Positions 30,231 through 39,280 of a stretch of DNA of 64,000 nucleotides are shown here, piece by piece (position 1 is the first letter of the stretch; every line of letters begins with the position of its first letter). A program made the position numbers and the translations under genes. The notes under the pieces were generated by a model, which saw nothing but the letters and a program-made list of their open reading frames with translations, did no database searches and was not told the DNA's origin. Origin of the DNA: Candidatus Latescibacterota bacterium (GTDB lineage: Bacteria; Latescibacterota; UBA2968; UBA8231); contig OZ253462.1 in assembly GCA_965261395.1 (NCBI GenBank), forward strand, positions 5,760,001 to 5,824,000, in the 5' to 3' direction.

Positions 30231-31415
30231 GGCTTTGGTGCATGAATTGGTGTTTTTTTCGGTTGATCGGTTGAATAAAAACAGGCTCCTCAGTAGATTG
30301 AGCACGACTTTCGCCAAAAAACCCATGCTTTCTCGTCCAAGGAACCTGTCATGGCCAACCTATCGTCTTGCCCCTCTTCCGTCAAGCCTGGTCGCTCGCC
30401 TCGCCGTCGCTCCAACGTCGTGTACCGGGTACGTAATTGGGCCGACTATGAGGCCGGGCTGCAACAGCGCGGTAGTCTGACGGTGTGGTTCACGCCCCAG
30501 GCCGTCGAAGCTTGGTATTATCAAGGGCCGCCTCAGCGGGGGGCGCAATATACCTTTTCGGAGGTCGCCATCCAAACGGCGTTGACGCTGCGTCTTTTGT
30601 ATCACTTGCCCCTACGCCAAACCGAGGGGTTTGTCGCTTCGGTGTTGGCCCTGATGGGCTTGGATCTGCGGGTGCCCGATCACACGACCCTGTCGCGCCG
30701 TCAGGCGGGTTTAGCCGTGGCGTGGCCGCCCCAGCGGGGAGACCAACCGATGCACTTGGTGGTGGATTCGACCGGGCTGAAAGTGTATGGCGAAGGCGAA
30801 TGGAAGGTGCGTCAGCACGGCTGGAGCAAGCGGCGCACGTGGCGCAAATTGCACCTCGGGGTTAATGAAGCCACCGGCGAGATCGTCGCGCAGACCTTGA
30901 CGACGAATAGCCACGATGATGCGGGGCAGGTGGAGCCGTTGCTGGCACAGATCGAGGCCCCCGTGGAGGCGTTGGGCGGCGATGGGGCCTATGACAAACG
31001 CAAGGTGTTCAAGGCGTTGGCCGCGCCCGAGCAGGGGGCACCTATTCATCCGATCATTCCGCCGCGCAAGGACGCCAAAATCGAGCAACATGGCAACACC
31101 AACGCCGAGCCGTTGCCCCGCGATGAGACGATTCGAGCCATCCGCAAACGGGGCCGTCGAGGTTGGAAACACGAGAGCGGCTATCATCGACGCTCGGTAG
31201 CCGAAACGCAGATAGGCCGCTACAAACAGATACTTGGTGACACCTTGCGCACCCGAACCCTAACCAACCAACAGACCGAAGCGCGGTTGGGCTGTGCCTT
31301 GCTCAACCGGATGCGGGCGTTGGCGAAACCTGAGTCCTATCCGCTAACCAAAAAAGCGTAAATCACACGCGAAAGAAGCCAACACGGCCCCGACCGGTTT
31401 TCATGCAACAAAGCC
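30231..31415 (+). mobile_element. IS5 family, IS903-group insertion sequence (1185 bp)
   Basis: IRL GGCTTTGGTGCATGAA (30231-30246) and IRR TTCATGCAACAAAGCC (31400-31415), 15/16 match; flanks are not duplicated. Confidence 0.92.
30351..31361 (+). CDS. IS5 family transposase
   Basis: NWADYEAGL..RGSLTVW, PDHTTLSRR, VDSTGLK, WRKLHLG, GDGAYD, GYHRRSVAET. Confidence 0.95.
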   Translation: MANLSSCPSSVKPGRSPRRRSNVVYRVRNWADYEAGLQQRGSLTVWFTPQAVEAWYYQGPPQRGAQYTFSEVAIQTALTLRLLYHLPLRQTEGFVASVLALMGLDLRVPDHTTLSRRQAGLAVAWPPQRGDQPMHLVVDSTGLKVYGEGEWKVRQHGWSKRRTWRKLHLGVNEATGEIVAQTLTTNSHDDAGQVEPLLAQIEAPVEALGGDGAYDKRKVFKALAAPEQGAPIHPIIPPRKDAKIEQHGNTNAEPLPRDETIRAIRKRGRRGWKHESGYHRRSVAETQIGRYKQILGDTLRTRTLTNQQTEARLGCALLNRMRALAKPESYPLTKKA

Positions 31416-31686
31416 ACTCCTCGTGGTCGCTTACGGCCAGCCGATACCAGAAGAATGGACTGTCAGTTGGCCTGCGTCGAAGGAAGAGCTTCTTGACCGG
31501 CTGAAATCAAGGATTCTCCGCGGGTACAAGAAGGAGTGCCGACCGCGACTCAGACCGGAACACCCGGAGGGCGGCAAACCACTGACAGATGCAGTGAACA
31601 GGGAAGCAGAAAAACTGACAGGAAGGCAACACCGCCGATTCGAACGGGAGTTGGAAAAGATTGAGGACGCGGCGAAGGCCGACTGA
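31416..31686 (+). pseudogene. 3' remnant of a hypothetical gene whose 5' part was removed next to the IS
   Basis: Open frame begins right at the IS boundary with no RBS and ends 29 bp before the DGQHR gene. Confidence 0.55.
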
Positions 31687-31715
31687 GTTTACGGACAACG
31701 GGAGACAAGGAGACG

Positions 31716-33071
31716 ATGCAACTCTATCCGGCAATCAAGTCGCGCATGGGCGACTGGGACTATTATATCGTTCGCATGACCATGCGCGAAGTGGCACGCG
31801 AGGTACAACTCGCGAGCGATCTGTGGGAGGACAAGACGTTGAGCGACGCCATTCAGCGAGTACTCGACGAGTCACGAGTCAAACAACAGATTGTGAATTT
31901 CCTGTCGCGCCGAAGCGATCGCTTTTTTTCTTCTTTGGTCGTGGCAGCTATCGGCGGTAATCCGACTTGGACACCCCACCAGTCCCGATTCCGAGACACT
32001 TTTGGAGAGTTGTCTTTCGAGACCGACCCTCGATACTTTGCTCTCGATGGGCAACATCGCCTGAAAGCCATTAAGGAGTTGATGGAGGATCCGGCGGGTG
32101 CACCGCCGGGTTTCGCAGACGAACAGTTATCGGTGATCGTCGTGGTGCGCGAAGATCAGGATATGGACGACGACTTGTGGTTGCAACGCTACCGGCGGCT
32201 CTTCTCAAGCTTGAACCGGTATGCGAAACCGACTGACGCGGACACGAACATCATCATGGATGAAGATGACGTCTTCGCTATCGTCACGCGGCAGCTGATT
32301 ACTGATCATGAGTTTTTCCGTTCACCGCATCCGGAACAGAAATCCTTCCGAGTTCAGACTAAGGGAAAGAATCTGAGGCCGGGTGCTCCCCACTTCATCA
32401 GCCTCCAGACGCTCTATGAGGTAAACAAAACCCTATTGATGACAACCGAACGTCGCCGACAGTGGGGCAAGGCGAAAGACCTCAAGATTTTCTTGCAATT
32501 CAGACCGGATGAGAACGAGATTGACCGCTACTATCAGTCGCTTTCCAATTATTGGGACGCGCTACTGCTCGCGGTTCCGGTTCTACGTGAAGACCCGGAG
32601 ACCATGCGCACGCATGATCTACCCGACCCCAATCCGGACGGCTACCAGGACCTATTGCTGTTCTGGCCAATTGGGCAGGAACTATTTGCTGAAATCGCCC
32701 GCTCTCTGCTCGACGGGGCGGAGCTCGGCGACGATGCTGAGGTTTCCGTAATGAAGGCCGCCCTACAGCCATTGGCTGAAGTGCCGTGGAATCTCCACGG
32801 AGCCCCTTGGCTTTATCTTCTGCTCGTACCGGCGATGCCCGAAGACAACTCTTGGCGTATGCGCAATGAGGATCGGAAATCGGCCCTAGAGATCGCGGGG
32901 CGTTTACTCCGGTGGATCGTGGGGCTTGATGCTCTTGATGAAGACGATACAAAGGTCCTGCGTACGGACTGGCAAGGCCGGCTATACCCTGAACCTCCTG
33001 AAGAGCATCGAGTCGAGGAAATGTGGCAGGAGATCGTGGATGCCCGCACGCGCATAGTGACCCGTGCTTGA
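31716..33071 (+). CDS. DGQHR domain (DndB-like) protein
   Basis: MGDWDYY, IQRVLDESR, RFFSSLVVA, FALDGQHR, LFSSLNRYAKP. Confidence 0.88.
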   Translation: MQLYPAIKSRMGDWDYYIVRMTMREVAREVQLASDLWEDKTLSDAIQRVLDESRVKQQIVNFLSRRSDRFFSSLVVAAIGGNPTWTPHQSRFRDTFGELSFETDPRYFALDGQHRLKAIKELMEDPAGAPPGFADEQLSVIVVVREDQDMDDDLWLQRYRRLFSSLNRYAKPTDADTNIIMDEDDVFAIVTRQLITDHEFFRSPHPEQKSFRVQTKGKNLRPGAPHFISLQTLYEVNKTLLMTTERRRQWGKAKDLKIFLQFRPDENEIDRYYQSLSNYWDALLLAVPVLREDPETMRTHDLPDPNPDGYQDLLLFWPIGQELFAEIARSLLDGAELGDDAEVSVMKAALQPLAEVPWNLHGAPWLYLLLVPAMPEDNSWRMRNEDRKSALEIAGRLLRWIVGLDALDEDDTKVLRTDWQGRLYPEPPEEHRVEEMWQEIVDARTRIVTRA

Positions 33072-34788
33072 GCCACGTGAGCACCGGACTATGTCGCAAC
33101 ACTCCCTTGATTGCTCGATACGCTTCGAGAATGAGGAAGACGCCGAGCGCGGCGCTTTGGTTCTGCGTCTCCGGCCAAGTCCGGAATGCGAAAACGAAAC
33201 TGACGGTTCGGTCGCTGACCGGCTCGCACGTGCGGCCGATTGGGCACTAGACCTCGACGCACAGTATCGAAAACTGATCCGAGCGGGTGGTAGTCCGCAG
33301 GTGACCGTCCCCGCCGGACGAAGGATTGTTGCCGGGCGCGTCGAGCGCGAGACTCCCGCCAATTACCGGAAACTTCAGCTCAGTGTTGGCGCACTGATCC
33401 GCCCCCTGTTGCTAGATACGCCGAAGCTAGAGCAGCTATATCCATTCCAGCACCAAGGCGTAGAGTGGCTCATCAACCGAAGCGGCGGTATTCTGGCTGA
33501 TGACATGGGGTTGGGGAAGACTGTGCAGGTGATCTCAGCTATGCGCCTGCTTTTCAACCGAGCAAAACTCCGAACTGCCTTGGTTATATGCCCTAAAGGT
33601 TTGATTGCAACTTGGGAGCGTGAGTTTAGTCGCTGGGCTCCCGAACTAGGCGTGGCGGTACTAGTCCCTCCAGCGCGTCTTCGCGAGGATGCTTGGAAAA
33701 CGGTGGCTGGACGGCGGCATGTGTTATTGACCAATTACGAACAACTCCGCACGCCTCCCGAAATCCTGCGACGGACGCCGCCGGATTTAATCGTCACGGA
33801 CGAAGCTCACCGACTTCGCAAACCTGGAGCACAAGTGACTTCGGGGGTTTTTGAACTGCGACCAAAGCGTTTCTGGGCACTCTCTGGCACTCCATTGGAA
33901 CGCGATCTTGAGGATATGGCCACGTTATTGTCCCTGGTCGCCCCTAACCGTTTTGCACCTACCGACGCGAAGCTTCACCCGTCGTCGTTACGCAGCCGGG
34001 CGAAACCATACGTGTTGCGGCGTCGCAAGAAGGATGTCTTACAGGAATTACCGCCCGTACTCGATACCACCGAGACGCTAGATTTGTCGGAGGCACAGGA
34101 ACGGACCTATCGAGCAGCAGTTAATGAGTACCGCCGGGTGAATGAAAAGGGAATGGAGTTAGCGCTCCTGACCAAGTTGCAAATGCTGTGCGACATTGAC
34201 CTTGAGAGCCGAGAGAGCTGCAAAGTGGACCGCATCCTCTACCTGCTTGGGCGCATTCGCGAACAGGGGGAGAAAGCAGTCGTGTTTTCGTATCGGCTTG
34301 AACCGCTGCGAGAATTGCAGGCTAGAATTGCCAAACGTTGGGGACAGGAATCAGCAGAGCTCTTGTTGGGGGAAATGGATAGCGATGAACGGAATCACGC
34401 CGTGACCCGTTTTCGGGATAACAAGCGAGTGCTTGCGCTACTTGCTTCAAGTCGTGTTGGAGGCGAAGGGCTCACGCTAGTGGAGGCTAACCACGTCTTT
34501 CTGTTCAACCAATGGTGGAATCCCTCGGCCAACGACCAAGCTCGCGACCGCGTGGTACGGATCGGTCAGCGCCGCAAGGTGCGTGTTTATCGCTTCTGTT
34601 GCCGTGGGACGATCGAAGAAGCGCTAGAGCGAATCTTAGAAACCAAGCGAGAGCTTTTCAACAACGTCGTGGAGCATCTAGCACACAGCGAAGATGCTAT
34701 ATGGGATCAAGTACTGAGCGAGGTGGGGATCGGTCGTCTGCTACCAGGTCAGGCGAGTGACCCAAAACAGACCTCCGCCCGACCATAA
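33064..34788 (+). CDS. SNF2/SWI2 family helicase
   Basis: LADDMGLGKT, DEAH, SGTP, GGEGLTL, WWNP..QARDRVVRIGQ; start overlaps the DGQHR stop. Confidence 0.9.
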   Translation: MLEPREHRTMSQHSLDCSIRFENEEDAERGALVLRLRPSPECENETDGSVADRLARAADWALDLDAQYRKLIRAGGSPQVTVPAGRRIVAGRVERETPANYRKLQLSVGALIRPLLLDTPKLEQLYPFQHQGVEWLINRSGGILADDMGLGKTVQVISAMRLLFNRAKLRTALVICPKGLIATWEREFSRWAPELGVAVLVPPARLREDAWKTVAGRRHVLLTNYEQLRTPPEILRRTPPDLIVTDEAHRLRKPGAQVTSGVFELRPKRFWALSGTPLERDLEDMATLLSLVAPNRFAPTDAKLHPSSLRSRAKPYVLRRRKKDVLQELPPVLDTTETLDLSEAQERTYRAAVNEYRRVNEKGMELALLTKLQMLCDIDLESRESCKVDRILYLLGRIREQGEKAVVFSYRLEPLRELQARIAKRWGQESAELLLGEMDSDERNHAVTRFRDNKRVLALLASSRVGGEGLTLVEANHVFLFNQWWNPSANDQARDRVVRIGQRRKVRVYRFCCRGTIEEALERILETKRELFNNVVEHLAHSEDAIWDQVLSEVGIGRLLPGQASDPKQTSARP

Positions 34789-34812
34789 ATTCCGCCGCTG
34801 TTCGTGTTCCCC

Positions 34813-35760
34813 CTACCCCGTACTCGCCGTCTTCCGCAACCGGCACACGAAAAACCCTTCCATCCCCCCCAGCGGCAGAATCCGCTTGGCCTGCTGCACT
34901 TGGGAGTTGAACGCCTTCCCTCGCCACTCGCTCAAGCCCGGTGCCACATTGGCAAAAGGCAGTGCGATCTCCTCGACGGTTAGGGCACCGGCGAACTGCC
35001 GCAGCACTCGGTTAATGATGGCCTCGTTTTCTTCGGGCGCGAAGGTACAGGTCGAATAGACCAACACCCCGCCCGGCTTGAGGCATTGCACGGCCGAGTA
35101 GCAGAGCCGCCGCTGTTTGCGGCTGGCCTCGGCGATCTTCTTCTTGCTCCAATAGGCATAGGTTTTAGGCGCATCGGCGCGGAATCGTCCTTCGGATGAG
35201 CACGGCGCGTCGAGGAGCACGCGGTCGAAGCGCTCTGGGTGGCGACGCCAGATGCGGGTTCCGTCGGCGAGATGGGCTTGCACGTTTTCGGCGCCGTGCC
35301 GCGCCAAATTGTCCCGCAGGCGAAAGAAGCGGCCGCGCACGGACTCCACAGCCCAGATGGACCCTTGATTGCCCATCACCTCGGCGAGCTGCAAGGTCTT
35401 GCTGCCCGGAGCGGCCCCGAGGTCGAGAATGCACTCCTCGCTTTGCGGTGCCAAGAGCATCGGCGGCACCATGCTGGAGGGGTTTTGGATGTAGAGCCGG
35501 CCTTCGCGGTAGGCCGTGCATTCGGTGAGGGCGCGGCGCTGGTCAGCCGGGACGACAAAGGCGTCGGCCTTCCAACTCAATGGCGTCAGCGCGAAGCCCG
35601 CAGCCGTTAGATCGGCAACGAGAGCGTCAGGCGTGCCTTTGAGAGAGTTGACGCGGAAAGCCGTAGGTTGCTCGGCGGCCAAGCTCTGCCAGCAGGCGGC
35701 AAAGTGCTCGGCTGGGAGTATAGTCTGCAAGCGGGCGCGAAAGGTTTCCGGCAGGGGCAC
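34813..35760 (-). CDS. RsmB/NOP family RNA m5C methyltransferase (RsmF-like)
   Basis: YIQNPSSM, LDLGAAPGSKT, VLLDAPCSSEG, VYSTCTFAPEENE. Confidence 0.9.
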   Translation of the reverse strand: MPLPETFRARLQTILPAEHFAACWQSLAAEQPTAFRVNSLKGTPDALVADLTAAGFALTPLSWKADAFVVPADQRRALTECTAYREGRLYIQNPSSMVPPMLLAPQSEECILDLGAAPGSKTLQLAEVMGNQGSIWAVESVRGRFFRLRDNLARHGAENVQAHLADGTRIWRRHPERFDRVLLDAPCSSEGRFRADAPKTYAYWSKKKIAEASRKQRRLCYSAVQCLKPGGVLVYSTCTFAPEENEAIINRVLRQFAGALTVEEIALPFANVAPGLSEWRGKAFNSQVQQAKRILPLGGMEGFFVCRLRKTASTG

Positions 35761-35765
35761 GGAAG

Positions 35766-36593
35766 CTACCTCGGCGGCATCTCATCGCCGGTCGGCACGG
35801 GGAGCTCAATCCAGTAGCCGCTCGGGTCGGTGCCACGGCAGATATAGCCGTGGGCGTGCTTCTCTTCACGGGTGTGCACCTCGGGCGGCATGTAACGTAG
35901 CGTCAGGCCGCAGCGGCGGCGCGTGGAGCGGTTGGGGGTCGAGCCGTGCAAGAGCAGATCGGTGTGCAGGGACATCTGGCCGGCGCGCATGGTAAAGGCC
36001 ACCGGCTCGCCGCCCCACTTGAGCGGATCGCGCACGCTCTGTCCCAAGACGTTTTGCTCCTCGGCGGTGCTGTGCTCAAAGGGAATCTGCCCGTGCAAAT
36101 GCGAGCCGGGGACGACGGTCATCGGCCCGTTTTCCTCATCCACATCGTCGATGGCCAGCCAAGCGGTCACCACCTTGCTCGGGGTCAGCGGCCAGTACGA
36201 GGCGTCTTGGTGCCAGACGACTTGTTTTTGTTCGCCCGGCTCCTTGCAAAAGTAGTGGGTCATAACGCTGACGAGGTTGGGGCCGAGGAGGTCTGCGACG
36301 TAATCGAGAATGCGCGGCTCGTGCAACAAGTCGTAGATGCCCCGGCAGTGGCGATGCCAGCCGTTGATCGAATAGCTATTGTGCCCGCTGGCCTTGGCTT
36401 GGTCCATGAGCGCGTCGAAATAGCGGCGATTGACCGCGGCTTCTTCCGGCGTGAATACGTCTAAGGGACAGATGTAGCCCTGTTCGTTGAACTGGCGGAT
36501 CTGGGCGCGGGTGAGCTTTTGGGGGTTGTCGTTGGCCGCGCTGAAAAATTTGAGTTCGCGCTCCATGTCGGGAAGGGCGTCGGTGATGGGCAT
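35766..36593 (-). CDS. Phytanoyl-CoA dioxygenase (PhyH) family protein
   Basis: FCKEPG, VWHQDASYW, VTAWLAIDD..NG, LLHGS.PN. Confidence 0.88.
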   Translation of the reverse strand: MPITDALPDMERELKFFSAANDNPQKLTRAQIRQFNEQGYICPLDVFTPEEAAVNRRYFDALMDQAKASGHNSYSINGWHRHCRGIYDLLHEPRILDYVADLLGPNLVSVMTHYFCKEPGEQKQVVWHQDASYWPLTPSKVVTAWLAIDDVDEENGPMTVVPGSHLHGQIPFEHSTAEEQNVLGQSVRDPLKWGGEPVAFTMRAGQMSLHTDLLLHGSTPNRSTRRRCGLTLRYMPPEVHTREEKHAHGYICRGTDPSGYWIELPVPTGDEMPPR

Positions 36594-36680
36594 GGCGTTC
36601 TCCTGTTGCGTTTGATGGCGAGGCGATGGAAGCTCTATTTTACAACGCGCAATTTTACGCAAACCCAGACGGAGCACAAA

Positions 36681-37703
36681 ATGACTCAGTACAAAGTCGG
36701 TGTAATCGGCTGCGGCAATCGCGGCTGCCGCCACGCCGAGGGCTACCAAGCCTCCGCTCAAGTCGCAATTGCCGCCTGTGCTGACCCAGTGGCAGCGGCC
36801 CGCACGTCCTTTGCCGAGGACTTTGCCGTAGCATCCCCGTACGAGGATTACCGCGCCATGCTAGAGCGTGAAGCCCTCGATGTGGTGAGCGTCTGCACGT
36901 GGACTGGCCAGCACCGCGAAATGGTCGAAGCCGCGGCCGCCGCTGGCGTCAAAGCCATCCACTGCGAAAAGCCCATGGCCAGCACGTGGGGCGATGCCAA
37001 GGCGCTGGCTCGGGCCTGCGCCGACCGCGGCGTGCTCCTCACTTTCAGCCACCAGCGCCGCTTTGGTGCCCCGTTTGTCAAGGCCAAACAATTGCTCGAC
37101 GCAGGGGCCATAGGCGCGCTCCAGCGGCTCGAAGGGGCGTGTTCCAACCTGTTTGATTGGGGCACGCATTGGTTTGACATGTTCTTCTTTTACAACGACG
37201 AAGTGCCGGCCGAATGGGTCATGGGCCAGATTGCCGTCGAATCCGAGCACGCGGTTTTTGGCGTGCCCTTAGAGAGCAGTGGTCTGTCGTGGATACGCTG
37301 GCAAAACGGCGTCGAGGGTCTGCTCGGCACGGGGGCCGCGCACGTGCAAGGCCCGCGCAACCGCCTCATCGGCAGCGAGGGTATCATTGAAGTTGGCGGC
37401 GCGGAGCGGGCACCGCTGCGGCTATTGCGCGCGGGTGCGGCGTGGCAGGACTTCGCGGATAAAGAGATCGCCGATGTCGTCCCACCGGGCGGTGACACCG
37501 TGCTGTCGGTGCTCGATCTGATCGCCTGTCTCGCAAGCGGTGCGGAGCCGCGCTTGTCGGCGCGCAAGGCCCTGCAAGCGACCGAACTGATTTTTGCTAC
37601 CTATGAGTCGAGCCGCCGCCGTGGCCGGGTGTTGCTCCCCCTTGAAGCGGAGGACTCGGCCCTGATTACCATGCTGGAAGAGGGGCAGATCGGGCGGGGC
37701 TAG
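36681..37703 (+). CDS. Gfo/Idh/MocA family oxidoreductase
   Basis: VIGCGNRG, IHCEKPMA, HQRRF, GTHWFD. Confidence 0.88.
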   Translation: MTQYKVGVIGCGNRGCRHAEGYQASAQVAIAACADPVAAARTSFAEDFAVASPYEDYRAMLEREALDVVSVCTWTGQHREMVEAAAAAGVKAIHCEKPMASTWGDAKALARACADRGVLLTFSHQRRFGAPFVKAKQLLDAGAIGALQRLEGACSNLFDWGTHWFDMFFFYNDEVPAEWVMGQIAVESEHAVFGVPLESSGLSWIRWQNGVEGLLGTGAAHVQGPRNRLIGSEGIIEVGGAERAPLRLLRAGAAWQDFADKEIADVVPPGGDTVLSVLDLIACLASGAEPRLSARKALQATELIFATYESSRRRGRVLLPLEAEDSALITMLEEGQIGRG

Positions 37704-38887
37704 TCGTTGCCGTGCCGGATGGCCGAGGCCGCAAAGCGAACCTGAAAGCGATAGACGCGCTTTTGCTGGCAGATGATTTCGTGCGTGTGGGGGTCGATGC
37801 GGTGGGGGACCTCGACGTGGTTGACATCGACGAGGGCCTGATAGCCGCGCTCAGAAAAGATGTCGATTAGCATGGCCAAGGCCAAAGGGTCGTTAAAGAG
37901 TGAGTCCTCGGAGTTGACGAGCGTCATGCCGGTAATGGCATAGCGGGTGACAATGGGCATGAACTTGGAGTTGACTTTGTCGATGACCCGCTGGAACAGC
38001 TCGGGATGATCCTCGTTGTAGATCTCTAGCCGCTTGACCAGCTCTTGGCGGGCGTAGAGCACGAGGCGGCTGGCCGGCATGATGGTGCGGACGCGGTCGA
38101 AGGTGTTGTGCGAAAGCTCTAGCGAACTCTGGTAGGAAAATTCCTCTTCAATCTCCTGTTGCACCTCGACGAGCGGCTGACTGGCGTCGATGAAGCGAAA
38201 GTGAAAAATGGCGCGTAGCGAGCGCAGCGCCTCAAAGGTCGTCTCCTTGAAAACTTGGTAGCGCTTGCGCGCAGCCGCTGGCTCGAGGTCGGTGGCGCGG
38301 ATCTCGGCGAACTGGCCGACGCCTGACTCCGTGGTCTTGCGGTTTTGCTCTTGGGCTTCCCGGCCGCGGTGGAGTTGGCGCTCGACGCTGACATCTTCAT
38401 CGACGAAGAGCAACACGCTGCGGAAGAGGGGGCGCGGGAAGTTGTGGTCGCGGAATTCCTCGCGCAATTCGGTCATCTTGTCGTAGAACAGCTTGAGGCA
38501 CTCGACCTGCACTTGGGTGCGCGGAAAGCCATCGACGATCACGCCGCGCTGGTATATCGGGTCGAGCAGCTTGTGCAAGAGCAGGTAGGTGACCTCCTCG
38601 TCGCCGACTAGGCTGCCGGCGTTCTTGGTCTGTTGGGCGCGGGGGCTGTCGAGCAAGTCGCTGATCACTACGGCTGCGGCCGTAATACCTCGCGCCTCGA
38701 GGATGAAGGGGGTATTGGTGCCCTTGCCGGCACCAGGTGCGCCGCCGAGCCAGATGATTTCCCCGGGAAAGCAGAGCTTGGCGCGGCCGAACTCTTGCTC
38801 TAGGTCGCTCCAGACGCTGTCGAAGATCAGACTGGCGTCCTTGATCTCTAGATCGATGTGTTTGGATTTGGATTTGCTGCTCGCCAT
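37700..38887 (-). CDS. Adenylate kinase-like protein with long C-terminal extension
   Basis: GGAPGAGKGT P-loop, VDGFPRTQVQ; 395 aa. Confidence 0.8.
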   Translation of the reverse strand: MASSKSKSKHIDLEIKDASLIFDSVWSDLEQEFGRAKLCFPGEIIWLGGAPGAGKGTNTPFILEARGITAAAVVISDLLDSPRAQQTKNAGSLVGDEEVTYLLLHKLLDPIYQRGVIVDGFPRTQVQVECLKLFYDKMTELREEFRDHNFPRPLFRSVLLFVDEDVSVERQLHRGREAQEQNRKTTESGVGQFAEIRATDLEPAAARKRYQVFKETTFEALRSLRAIFHFRFIDASQPLVEVQQEIEEEFSYQSSLELSHNTFDRVRTIMPASRLVLYARQELVKRLEIYNEDHPELFQRVIDKVNSKFMPIVTRYAITGMTLVNSEDSLFNDPLALAMLIDIFSERGYQALVDVNHVEVPHRIDPHTHEIICQQKRVYRFQVRFAASAIRHGND

Positions 38888-38922
38888 GCGCTTTTGTGGC
38901 CGGCTAAGGGTTCCTGTGGGGA

Positions 38923-39279
38923 CTACAGGCTGCGGAACGGCTCGCGGTTGACCAGATCTTCTACGACCTGTCCGCCAATCAAGTGCTCTTGGATGATGCG
39001 CTCTAGCTTTTCGACGGTCATGGAGTGGTACCAGACGCCCTCGGGATACACCACCACCGTCGGCCCGACCTCGCAGACGCGCAGGCAGTCGGCCTTGGTG
39101 CGGTGAATGCCGCCCTTGCCCGGATGGCCGTGGCCCAATTCGGACAACCGCTTTTTCAGGTACTCCCAGCAGTCGGCTCCGGTGCCGTCGCTGTGACACT
39201 TGGGCTTGGTGGGAGTGGCGCAGAGAAAGATGTGGCGCTCTACAGGAGTATAAGTCGGATCTGTGGTGTGCTCGCTCAT
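38923..39279 (-). CDS. Thioredoxin-like [2Fe-2S] ferredoxin
   Basis: RHIFLC...[19 protein letters not shown]. Confidence 0.88.
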   Translation of the reverse strand: MSEHTTDPTYTPVERHIFLCATPTKPKCHSDGTGADCWEYLKKRLSELGHGHPGKGGIHRTKADCLRVCEVGPTVVVYPEGVWYHSMTVEKLERIIQEHLIGGQVVEDLVNREPFRSL

Positions 39280-39280
39280 G

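Noticed and set aside
30231-30274. C-terminus GLWCMNWCFFRLIG of ORF 29138-30274 as a Cys motif
   Set aside because: It is read-through into the IS left end.
22312-34812. Direct repeats bounding the PT island
   Set aside because: No convincing duplicated sequence was found at the TonB-receptor and RsmB junctions, and no integrase is present.
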